DNA of 64,000 bases from Pyrinomonadaceae bacterium (GTDB lineage Bacteria; Acidobacteriota; Blastocatellia; Pyrinomonadales; Pyrinomonadaceae): contig JBKBYA010000003.1 in the NCBI GenBank assembly GCA_046313635.1, forward strand, positions 160,001 through 224,000, written 5' to 3'. Both the position numbers and the translations under genes were made by a program. Positions within the stretch are counted from its first letter, which is position 1, and the number at the start of each line of letters is the position of its first letter. Shown piece by piece: positions 1-7,992 of this stretch. The notes under the pieces were generated by a model, which made no database searches, was not told the DNA's origin, and was given only the letters and a program-made list of their open reading frames with translations.

Positions 1-2
1 GA

Positions 3-629
3 AAGCGTATCGCGCGCGAGATCCATGACGTGCTGGGTCAGGAGATCACCGGCCTCAAGATGAAGATCCATCTAATGAAGCAGCGTATGAAGCTTAGCGA
101 CGAGGTGGTCGGCGAGCTCGAGGAGATCAAGGAGATGGCCGACTCGATGATGTCGACCGTTCGCCGGCTGTCGGCCGAACTCCGGCCGTCGCTGCTTGAC
201 GACTTCGGACTCGTAGCGGCCATGGAGTGGGAGTCGGGCGAATTTGAAAAAAAGTCCTCGATACCGTGCGTCTTTTACTCCGACACCGAGGCGCTCGACC
301 TCGGTGCCGAGGCTAACACGGCCGTTTACCGGATCTATCAAGAGGCGATGACAAATGTCGCCCGGCACTCGGATGCGAGCCTCGTAGTGATCGAACTCGC
401 GACCGCCGGCGGCGACATCGCCTTGACGATCCGCGATAACGGAAAGGGCATCGATTTTTCGGGATCGCGGGCCAAGACGACGCTCGGCATTATCGGGATG
501 CGCGAACGGGCCCGCCTCATCGGGGGCGAACTTAACGTCAGACCAGACCCGTCCGGAGGCACGCGAGTAGAGCTCGTGGTGCCGGGCGCCGCGAACGAGC
601 TCTTGCCTGCCCAGGGAGGTGCCCGATGA
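3..629 (+). CDS. Sensor histidine kinase, HisKA_3 (NarX/UhpB-type), 5'-truncated by window edge
   Basis: Frame open from nt 3: KRIAREIHDVLGQ H-box, YRIYQEAMTNVARHS N-box, IRDNGKG G1, LGIIGMRERA G2, GGTRV. Confidence 0.95.
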   Translation, partial: KRIAREIHDVLGQEITGLKMKIHLMKQRMKLSDEVVGELEEIKEMADSMMSTVRRLSAELRPSLLDDFGLVAAMEWESGEFEKKSSIPCVFYSDTEALDLGAEANTAVYRIYQEAMTNVARHSDASLVVIELATAGGDIALTIRDNGKGIDFSGSRAKTTLGIIGMRERARLIGGELNVRPDPSGGTRVELVVPGAANELLPAQGGAR

Positions 630-1255
630 TCAAGGTCCTGATCGCCGACGATCATACGATCGTCCGGCACGGCTTAAAGCAGATCCTGGATTCCGACAAC
701 GATATACATGTCGCCGGCGAGGCGCAGAACGGCAACGAGGTTCTCGGATTTGTCAGGGACAATCGTGTGGACGTGGTCGTGATGGACATTACGATGCCCG
801 GCCGCAACGGACTCGAAACGCTAAAAGAACTCAGGCGCGGCTGGCCGGATGTGCCGGTCGTGATACTCAGCATGCATCCGCAGGACCAATACGCGGTCAG
901 GGTTCTGCGTGCGGGAGCTTCGGGGTACGTGACAAAGGAGAGCGCTCCGGACGAGCTCGTCGCCGCGATCAAGCGAGCTCACAACGGGCAAAAGTACATC
1001 AGTCCCGATGTCGCAGAGCTGCTCGCCTTCCATATTCAAAAAGGGAACTCCGACGACCCGCACAAGCAGCTTTCAGATCGCGAGTTCGAGGTGTTTGTAA
1101 TGATCGGGCACGGCAAGTCGCTGACCGAGATCGCCGAAGAGCTTTTTATCAGCGTCAAGACGGTCAGCACATACAGGGCCCGCATCCTTGAAAAGACAGG
1201 TCTTCCGAATAATGCGGCAATAACAAAATACTGCATGCAGCACGGGCTCGCGTGA
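626..1255 (+). CDS. NarL/UvrY(GacA)-family DNA-binding response regulator
   Basis: REC domain (IADDH, VMDITMPG, GYVTK) plus LuxR HTH (LSDREFEV...ISVKTVSTYR); ATGA overlap with the kinase. Confidence 0.95.
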   Translation: MIKVLIADDHTIVRHGLKQILDSDNDIHVAGEAQNGNEVLGFVRDNRVDVVVMDITMPGRNGLETLKELRRGWPDVPVVILSMHPQDQYAVRVLRAGASGYVTKESAPDELVAAIKRAHNGQKYISPDVAELLAFHIQKGNSDDPHKQLSDREFEVFVMIGHGKSLTEIAEELFISVKTVSTYRARILEKTGLPNNAAITKYCMQHGLA

Positions 1256-1264
1256 CCGTCACGG

Positions 1265-1282
1265 TGTAGGAAATCGCCTACA
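1265..1282. promoter_or_regulatory. 18-bp palindrome TGTAGG-N6-CCTACA, candidate response-regulator site
   Basis: Perfect 6-bp arms; resembles the GacA/UvrY box TGTAAG-N6-CTTACA; degenerate second copy at 1560-1577. Confidence 0.55.
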
Positions 1283-1357
1283 ATTAATATCGGCAAATCC
1301 TGACTATAAAATCGGACACGGGCCGATTGGCGGATCTCTCGATCAGAATTACCTTAT

Positions 1358-1432
1358 TACTGGCGTCCATTAAGTTTGGGTGGAAGACTGTGACGCTGTA
1401 CAGGAGCGGCCTCAAAAGGGCCGCTTTTTTTG
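1358..1432 (+). ncRNA. Candidate small RNA, copy 1 (stem-loop plus intrinsic terminator)
   Basis: TAC-T-GGCGTC/GACGCTGTA stem around loop AAGTTTGGGTGGAAG, then AGCGGCC/GGCCGCT hairpin and a T-run; paralogous copy downstream. Confidence 0.45.
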
Positions 1433-1649
1433 TGTTGAGTAACATTCCGTAAAACATCTCCGCCGATCTCTGCCGACAATCCCCACGCCGCGCCGCAACT
1501 CTCAAGGACATTACAAGCGAATCAAGGCCCGCAAGCGAGCTCCGCGTCGTCCGTCAGACGGTAGGAAACTGCCGAGATTCATGCTGAAAAAATACTACAC
1601 AAAATGCCGAATCGGGCCGATAGCGGGCGATCTTATCGTGTCCTATCCT

Positions 1650-1722
1650 CACTATGGCGTTCCAAGCTGGGTGGAAGCATGTGACGCTAGCGTGGGGGCG
1701 GCGCCGATAAGAGTGCCGCTTC
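1650..1722 (+). ncRNA. Candidate small RNA, copy 2
   Basis: TGGCGTT/GACGCTA stem around AAGCTGGGTGGAAG, then GCGGCGC/GTGCCGC hairpin with a weak T-tail. Confidence 0.4.
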
Positions 1723-1806
1723 CGCGTGCAGATCGCGAGTCGACAAGGCCCTTACGCCCACACTCTCACGACTCGATCAAGAGCGAGCAGGTCCGCATAA
1801 CCAGGT

Positions 1807-2643
1807 ATGAAAGAGAGTTCACGTCCACTGATCCTCAGCCTCCACCACGTCGGAGCACCGCCTCGCTCGGCCAGGATCCGCGGGCTTTTTACGACACCTT
1901 CGCTGCTTTCATTTCAATTGCGGTGGCTTCTGCGATCAGGCTACACATTCACTACCCTCTCGCGCGCATTCGCCCGGCCCGATCGTCGGACGGCGGTCGT
2001 AACTTTTGACGATGGTTATCGCGACAATCTTACGGCCGGTCTGCCGGTCCTTGAAGAACTGGGAATTCCGGCCACCGTCTTTGTGATCACCGGCGATGTC
2101 GGTAAACGGGGCGTCACATGGAGCGAGGCCGGCGATCCTTTGCCGTCCGATATGCTCGGCTGGGACGATCTGGCCTTACTCCAATCGAAGGGCTGGGAGG
2201 TGGGCAGTCACGCCGACCAGCATATTCACCTCGCACGGCACTCGCCCGAGGTGCAGTTGTCGACCATTTCGTCGTCGATCGACGCGATCTGCAAAAATCT
2301 CGGCAGCAGGCCCCGATCGTTCGCTTATCCGTACGGCAGTTACGACGAGACAACGAAGCGGATCGTTTCCGATTGCGGATTTGAGCTTGCCGTTACCGCC
2401 CGCAGCGGCGTCGCGAGCGGCCGCCATCAAGAGAGTCTTTTGGAATTGAGCCGGATACCGATCGGCGGCCGACGCTTCTATCACTTTCTGAAGTGTTTCA
2501 ACCGCACGCGACGAGCCCTCGGCGGCCGGGAGTCGGCCCTCAGGGCTCTGGATCTGCTGCTTGGCCCGAGTCGAGAAGGGCGGGTCGGACGTGCCGAGGC
2601 TGCGGCCCCTTTTTACATACCAGCAGATAGTGCCGAGCAATGA
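1807..2643 (+). CDS. Polysaccharide deacetylase (CE4/NodB family)
   Basis: VVTFDDGYRD, ATVFVIT, EVGSHADQH, SFAYPYG motifs. Confidence 0.9.
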   Translation: MKESSRPLILSLHHVGAPPRSARIRGLFTTPSLLSFQLRWLLRSGYTFTTLSRAFARPDRRTAVVTFDDGYRDNLTAGLPVLEELGIPATVFVITGDVGKRGVTWSEAGDPLPSDMLGWDDLALLQSKGWEVGSHADQHIHLARHSPEVQLSTISSSIDAICKNLGSRPRSFAYPYGSYDETTKRIVSDCGFELAVTARSGVASGRHQESLLELSRIPIGGRRFYHFLKCFNRTRRALGGRESALRALDLLLGPSREGRVGRAEAAAPFYIPADSAEQ

Positions 2644-3343
2644 GCGAGCGCAGCGGATAGTTGCGGAGTTTGTGGTCGAGGCCCCGGTTCGATTCACCAA
2701 AGATGAAATACAACAACTGGATCGCGTAGATCGGGAGCCCGATGGCGAGCCAGAGCCAATCCACCGACCTCCCTACGACGTACCTGACCGACTCTACTTC
2801 AAGACCCGCGTCCTTCAGAACCCGCACAAGGGTGTGCATCGGGACGACCTTCCACGTTTGAGCGTCGTCATCCAGAAAAGCCTTGTACTGTCCAAACCGC
2901 CCGAAGAGAAAATAGAGAAATCGGTCTCTGACGGTCAAAAGGTTGTCGTTTGTGACCACGAGCCTGCCGTCATCCTCCAATGCATCTCTCAGCAGCCTGA
3001 AAAAATTGAGTGAGTTGTCAAATTCCATCACGCCGCTGATACAGCTGATCAGCCTGCACGGCTCGGCCGGCAGGTCGTCTCTTGTAAGGAAGGCCGCGTC
3101 GGCCTGGGTAAAGTGATGAGCGAACTTTTCGTCCGGGCTCGAGATATCGATCCCGAAAGTCGCGGCATTCGGGAAAAATACTTTCACCGCATCCAGGAGA
3201 TCGCCGTCGCCGCACGGCACGTCGAGAATGCTGAACGCGCCGTTCGCGTCGGCCGATCCAAGAAAGGCCTCGATAACAGAACGGTTAACGCCTCGGCAGG
3301 TATTGCCGCGCGGGATCGTGTCCAACCTCGGATCTTTCGTCAT
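2540..3343 (-). CDS. Class I SAM-dependent methyltransferase
   Basis: ILDVPCGDG motif I, GIDIS, LEDDGRLVVT. Confidence 0.8.
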   Translation of the reverse strand: MTKDPRLDTIPRGNTCRGVNRSVIEAFLGSADANGAFSILDVPCGDGDLLDAVKVFFPNAATFGIDISSPDEKFAHHFTQADAAFLTRDDLPAEPCRLISCISGVMEFDNSLNFFRLLRDALEDDGRLVVTNDNLLTVRDRFLYFLFGRFGQYKAFLDDDAQTWKVVPMHTLVRVLKDAGLEVESVRYVVGRSVDWLWLAIGLPIYAIQLLYFIFGESNRGLDHKLRNYPLRSLIARHYLLVCKKGPQPRHVRPALLDSGQAADPEP

Positions 3344-3456
3344 CGCGTCGGATTATCGCACGAAAAATGACCGACCGGTCTCTTGCTCTGCGGCGTCGAT
3401 TCAGCTTTCGGACCCGAATTGCTAAACTCTACAAAACCACCGAATTGGAGATAGAG

Positions 3457-4212
3457 TTGAACGAAAGACAATTTGAAGGAAAGACCGCGATCGTTACCGG
3501 CGGCACTCGCGGTATCGGCAAGGCGATCGCACTTGAATTTGCACGGCGCGGCGGCAGCGTCGCATTCAATTACGTGCGCAGCGCCGACGAGGCCGAAAGG
3601 CTTAAGGCCGAGATCGAGCAGCTCGGCGCGCGGGCGTTTGCGGCGCGGTGCGACGTTGCCGACACCGGCGCGGCGGCCGACTTCGTCGGTCAGGTCAAGG
3701 ACGCATTCGGCACGATCGATCACCTCGTCAACAACGCGGGCATCACGCGCGACCAGCTCATCATGCGGATGAAAGAAGAAGATTGGGATGCGGTCATCGA
3801 CACCAATCTGAAGGGCGCATGGAACTTTTCAAAGGCCGTGCTGCGGCCGATGATGCGCAACGAGACGGGCGGTTCGATCCTCAACATCACATCGATCTCG
3901 GGCGTGGTCGGGATGCTCGGCCAGACCAACTATTCGGCCTCCAAGGCCGGTATGATCGGTCTCACCAAAGCTCTCGCCAAAGAGATCGCGAGCCGCAATA
4001 TCACGGTCAACGCACTTGCGCTCGGCCTGGTCGAGACCGAAATGGCGTCGGAGATGAACGCCGAATATCGCGAAAAGATACTCGCGCAGATCCCGCTCGG
4101 CCGCCTCGGCAAGACCGGCGAGGTCGCCGAGATCGCGTGCTTCATGCTCTCGGACGCGGCCCGGTACATCACCGGCCAGGTGATCCAGGCTGACGGCGGC
4201 CTGGCGATGTAG
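3457..4212 (+). CDS. fabG: 3-oxoacyl-ACP reductase
   Basis: TGGTRGIG, NNAGITRD, YSASKAG, IPLGR; TTG start chosen after GGAG RBS (ORF track starts at 3367). Confidence 0.88.
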   Translation: MNERQFEGKTAIVTGGTRGIGKAIALEFARRGGSVAFNYVRSADEAERLKAEIEQLGARAFAARCDVADTGAAADFVGQVKDAFGTIDHLVNNAGITRDQLIMRMKEEDWDAVIDTNLKGAWNFSKAVLRPMMRNETGGSILNITSISGVVGMLGQTNYSASKAGMIGLTKALAKEIASRNITVNALALGLVETEMASEMNAEYREKILAQIPLGRLGKTGEVAEIACFMLSDAARYITGQVIQADGGLAM

Positions 4213-4226
4213 TACCGCGCTTCAAA

Positions 4227-4979
4227 ATGTCGATCCAGAACGTACGAGAAGAAATCGACCAGACGACCGGCCCCGAGCCGGTCGAGATCGGCGAGGAGCT
4301 TGCGGGCCGCGGCGAGGTGCCGGTGCCGTGGTACACATATACGTTCGTCATCTGCATTCTTGCGGTGACGGTCGCGCAGCTTGCGACCGATCTTGACGGC
4401 TCGATACTGGCGGCGGGTTTTGTCAAACCGGAGTTCGCGCGGGGCGAGTACTGGCGCATCCTTACCGGAGCGACGGCGCACGGCGGTCTCGCTCACGCCG
4501 CGCTGAACGGCTACGCGCTCTACAGCTTTGGCCGAATATTCGAGCTGCTCTCAAACCGCGCTCACCTCGCGATAGTGATGCTGATCGCGGCGGTCGCGGG
4601 CGGTCTGCTTAGTTTTGCTTTCGTGCCCGAGGGCATCTCGGTCGGCGCGTCGGGCGGCATTGTCGGGCTGCTGTCGTATCTGGCGGTCTACGCCTTTAAG
4701 CGGTACCAGTTCATCTCGCCCGAATTCAGACGCAGCCTGCTGATCAATATCGGATTCATAATATTGTTCGGCCTTGCTCTCTATCAGCTGATCGATAACT
4801 GGGGACACATCGGCGGGCTTATCGCCGGAGCGGTTTACGGTTTTGTGCAGATACCTCGCGACCCGTACGTCGATCCCGCCGTCGCGTCGCCCGCGACACA
4901 GGTCGCCGGCGTGATCTGTCTCGGCGCGTATATCGCCGCGTCGATATTCAGCATTCTCCTTATCCTGAAATGGCTCTAG
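4227..4979 (+). CDS. Rhomboid-family intramembrane serine protease
   Basis: WRILT, HAALN, catalytic GASG, GHIGG; multiple TM helices. Confidence 0.92.
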   Translation: MSIQNVREEIDQTTGPEPVEIGEELAGRGEVPVPWYTYTFVICILAVTVAQLATDLDGSILAAGFVKPEFARGEYWRILTGATAHGGLAHAALNGYALYSFGRIFELLSNRAHLAIVMLIAAVAGGLLSFAFVPEGISVGASGGIVGLLSYLAVYAFKRYQFISPEFRRSLLINIGFIILFGLALYQLIDNWGHIGGLIAGAVYGFVQIPRDPYVDPAVASPATQVAGVICLGAYIAASIFSILLILKWL

Positions 4980-5003
4980 GCCCAGGATCTTCCGATCGAA
5001 ACG

Positions 5004-5627
5004 ATGCCGCGCGTCAGAGTACACCAGCACGTCAATCCGCTTGCTCCGTTTTACCGCCAGGCCCCGCAGCCGGTTGACCTCGGAACGGCGTTCGCCGACC
5101 CCGAGAGGCCGCTGCTGCTCGACATCGGCTGCGCCCGCGGCCGCTTTTTGCTGCGAATGGCGGCCGCCGAGCCGTCGTGGAATTATCTCGGCGTCGAGAT
5201 CCGCGAGCCGCTCGTCGCCGAAGCTAACCGCATCGCTGCCGAACAGGGGCTGACCAATCTGCATTACGTCTTCTGCAACGCGATGCTCTGGCTCGACCGG
5301 CTGCTGAGCGACATTCCCGACGGACGGCTGCAAATGGTCACGATCCAGTTCCCGGATCCGTGGTTCAAGAAAAAGCACGCCAAGCGAAGGATGGTGAATC
5401 CGGATCTGATCCGGGCCGTGATGGAAAAGCTCGCCGACCGGGGCCGGATATTCGTGCAGACCGACATCGAGTTCTTGGCCGAGGAGATGTTTGGGATGTT
5501 CCGCGCCGACGAGCGGCTGAGCGAGATCGAGGCAAAAGAAAATCCCTTCCCGGTAAAGACGGAAAGGGAAAAAGCGGTCGAGGACAAAGGGCTGCCCGTG
5601 TATCGGGCGATGTTTGAGCGGCGGTAG
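5004..5627 (+). CDS. trmB: tRNA (guanine-N7)-methyltransferase
   Basis: RVHQHVNP, DIGCARG, GVEIR, QFPDPWFKKKH, QTD. Confidence 0.95.
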   Translation: MPRVRVHQHVNPLAPFYRQAPQPVDLGTAFADPERPLLLDIGCARGRFLLRMAAAEPSWNYLGVEIREPLVAEANRIAAEQGLTNLHYVFCNAMLWLDRLLSDIPDGRLQMVTIQFPDPWFKKKHAKRRMVNPDLIRAVMEKLADRGRIFVQTDIEFLAEEMFGMFRADERLSEIEAKENPFPVKTEREKAVEDKGLPVYRAMFERR

Positions 5628-6119
5628 CTACTTCCAGCTCTTTTCCTTTTTGAATCTCTTCACGACCATATCGCGGCGGAGCTTTGGCAAGTGATCGATG
5701 AATAGCTTGCCGTCGCAGTGGTCGGTCTCGTGGAGGAATGCGCGGGCCGCGTAGCCCTCGGCTTCGCGCTCGAACCATTCGCCCTTCTCGTCCTGCGCAC
5801 GCAGGGTCGCCTTCATCGGCCGGACGACGACAGCCGGGACCTTGCCGACCGACAGGCAGCCTTCGTGACCCGATTGCTCGCCTTCGGTGTGGATGATCTC
5901 GGGATTGGCGGCGATCAATTTGATCCCGTCGCAGTCCATTACAAAAAGTCGAAGGTTCAAGCCGATCTGCGGCGCCGCGAGGCCGACGCCCTCGGCGTCG
6001 TACATCGTGTCGAACATGTCCGCGCACAAAGCCTCGAGCTCGTCGCCAAATTCGGTCACCGGCTGCCCGACCTTGCCGAGCACTTCGGCCGGATATTCGC
6101 TGATCTTTCTGATCGCCAT
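5628..6119 (-). CDS. def: Peptide deformylase
   Basis: GVGLAAPQIG, EGCLS, HETDH; start at MAIRKI. Confidence 0.96.
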   Translation of the reverse strand: MAIRKISEYPAEVLGKVGQPVTEFGDELEALCADMFDTMYDAEGVGLAAPQIGLNLRLFVMDCDGIKLIAANPEIIHTEGEQSGHEGCLSVGKVPAVVVRPMKATLRAQDEKGEWFEREAEGYAARAFLHETDHCDGKLFIDHLPKLRRDMVVKRFKKEKSWK

Positions 6120-6124
6120 CGGCG

Positions 6125-6334
6125 TTATCTGGGGATCACGCCCTGACGCGAGCTGCGGCGAAAGCCGCGATGAGTATTGAATCCCTTCTCCATCCGCGCC
6201 ACGCACTCCCAGCACACGACGCGCCGTTCATTGGTCGGCAGCAGCCACTCGTTGTAATGCTCCATCACGCGGTCGCACTCGTCGCAGCGAGCTGGCGGCC
6301 TTTCGTTTATCTTCGGATCGAATGAATCAACCAT
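6125..6334 (-). CDS. Small hypothetical protein with two CxxC pairs (zinc-ribbon-like)
   Basis: CDEC...CWEC; abuts def on the same strand. Confidence 0.65.
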   Translation of the reverse strand: MVDSFDPKINERPPARCDECDRVMEHYNEWLLPTNERRVVCWECVARMEKGFNTHRGFRRSSRQGVIPR

Positions 6335-6414
6335 CTCGGGCTCAATTCTCCTGAATATCACTGATCTGATCTGTCGTCAGTTTAAAACGAGCGTCGGCAA
6401 AATGCCACGCCGAC

Positions 6415-6446
6415 AAAAAAAGCGAGCGAAGGCGGCCTCGCTCGCT
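6415..6446 (-). terminator. Intrinsic terminator of the ferredoxin gene
   Basis: AGCGAGCGA/TCGCTCGCT hairpin with A-run on plus strand (U-tract on minus). Confidence 0.7.
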
Positions 6447-6469
6447 GCGTTCAAAAAAGATGTGCGTGT

Positions 6470-6766
6470 CTATTCGGGCTGGCCCTTGCAGTTCGGCCCG
6501 TAGAGTGCCGGGATCTTGGTGCTGATGATGGGGTAATTCTCGGCCTCTTTGTTCTTTTCGAGCCACTCGGCGTACTCCGGCGGGTATGACATATCCGAAT
6601 AGATCGCCTCGACCGGACACTCAGGCAAACAGGCGTCGCAGTCGATGCAGGTGTCCGGATTGATGAGCAGACGATCGGGCAGTTCGTGAAAGGCCTCGAC
6701 CGGGCAGACCGCGGCGCAGTCGGTGTATTTGCAGTCGATGCAGGGCTCGGTGACGATGTAGGTCAT
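6470..6766 (-). CDS. fdxA: 7Fe (3Fe-4S/4Fe-4S) ferredoxin, FdxA-type
   Basis: MTYIVTEPCIDCKYTDCAAVCPV...CIDCDACLPECPVEAI. Confidence 0.9.
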   Translation of the reverse strand: MTYIVTEPCIDCKYTDCAAVCPVEAFHELPDRLLINPDTCIDCDACLPECPVEAIYSDMSYPPEYAEWLEKNKEAENYPIISTKIPALYGPNCKGQPE

Positions 6767-6912
6767 CTTGTCTCGAAAGTCTCCTTAACTTATCGAAAAA
6801 CCAAAGTTAGAAGCTAATATTCAGAACAAAACTTGTCAAACTTAAAGGCCCAAATGATAGAATGCCCTAAACCCGAGCTTAGACAATAGTTGTAGTTCCA
6901 CTGCGAAATCGG

Positions 6913-7956
6913 ATGAAAAAGATCAAAGCTGAATATGAATTGGCGCTGGACTTTTTGCGCGTGACCGAGGCCGCGGCCATCGAGGCCGCAAAGACGATGG
7001 GCCAGGGCGACCGCAAGCATTCCGACCACGTTGCCGTCGAGGCGATGCGAGAGGTGATGGATACGGTGCCGATGAAGGGCCGCATCGTAATCGGCGAGGG
7101 CGAGCGCGACGAGGCCCCGATGCTCTACATCGGCGAAGAGGTCGGCGGAGGTTCGTTTTCGGCGGAGGCTCGCGACGGATTTCCCGAGGTCGACATAGCG
7201 GTCGACCCGCTCGAGGGGACCAACCTCTGCGCGCTCGGCGCGAATAACGCGATCGCCGTGCTCGCCGCCGCCGAACGAGGGGGCCTGCTCAACGCTCCCG
7301 ACATTTACATGGACAAGATCGTCGTCGGCCCGTCGTGCCGAGGCGCGATCGACATCGACGCGCCCGTCGAGGACAATCTCAAGAATATCGCCCGCCGCCT
7401 CGGCCGCGATGTCGACGATCTGACCGTCATCTGTCTCGACAGGCCGCGGCACAAACAGCTCATACAGGACGTGCGAGCGACCGGGGCCCGCATCCGCCTG
7501 ATCTCCGACGGCGATCTCTCGGCGGGCATCTCGGCTGCGGTCGCAGGCACAAACATTCACGCACTGATGGGCATCGGCGGCGCTCCCGAAGGCGTCCTGA
7601 CCGCCGCGGCGATGAAGTGCCTCAACGGCGAGATACAGGCCAAGCTCGTCTTTGACCCGTCGCGGCTCGGAATCGACCGCACAAAGGTGCCGCCCGAGGC
7701 CGAGGTCATGAAGCGGCTCCACAAGATGGGCATCAGCGACCCCGACAAGATCTACGACACCAACGACCTCGCTCCAGGTAAGCGGATAATTTTCGCCGCG
7801 ACCGGCGTGACCGACGGAGCGCTGCTCAAGGGCGTTCGATTCTTCGGCGCGGGCAAGCGGACGCACTCGCTCGTGATGACCACCGAGAACAAGATGATCC
7901 GCTTTGTTGACACGGTTCACGTCGAGGGCGGGCCGGATGCGGTGATCAGATTCTAG
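6913..7956 (+). CDS. glpX: Fructose-1,6-bisphosphatase class II
   Basis: [45 protein letters not shown]. Confidence 0.96.
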   Translation: MKKIKAEYELALDFLRVTEAAAIEAAKTMGQGDRKHSDHVAVEAMREVMDTVPMKGRIVIGEGERDEAPMLYIGEEVGGGSFSAEARDGFPEVDIAVDPLEGTNLCALGANNAIAVLAAAERGGLLNAPDIYMDKIVVGPSCRGAIDIDAPVEDNLKNIARRLGRDVDDLTVICLDRPRHKQLIQDVRATGARIRLISDGDLSAGISAAVAGTNIHALMGIGGAPEGVLTAAAMKCLNGEIQAKLVFDPSRLGIDRTKVPPEAEVMKRLHKMGISDPDKIYDTNDLAPGKRIIFAATGVTDGALLKGVRFFGAGKRTHSLVMTTENKMIRFVDTVHVEGGPDAVIRF

Positions 7957-7992
7957 TGGACCCGTAGGTCCTATAGGACCGATGCGACCTGT

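Noticed and set aside
1371..1432. T-box riboswitch
   Set aside because: GGGTGG is followed by AAG rather than NACC, there is no stem I/specifier, and downstream genes are not amino-acid related.
1581..2009. 142-aa ORF spanning the second repeat unit
   Set aside because: Overlaps the deacetylase out of frame, has no recognisable domain, and copy 1 has no matching ORF.
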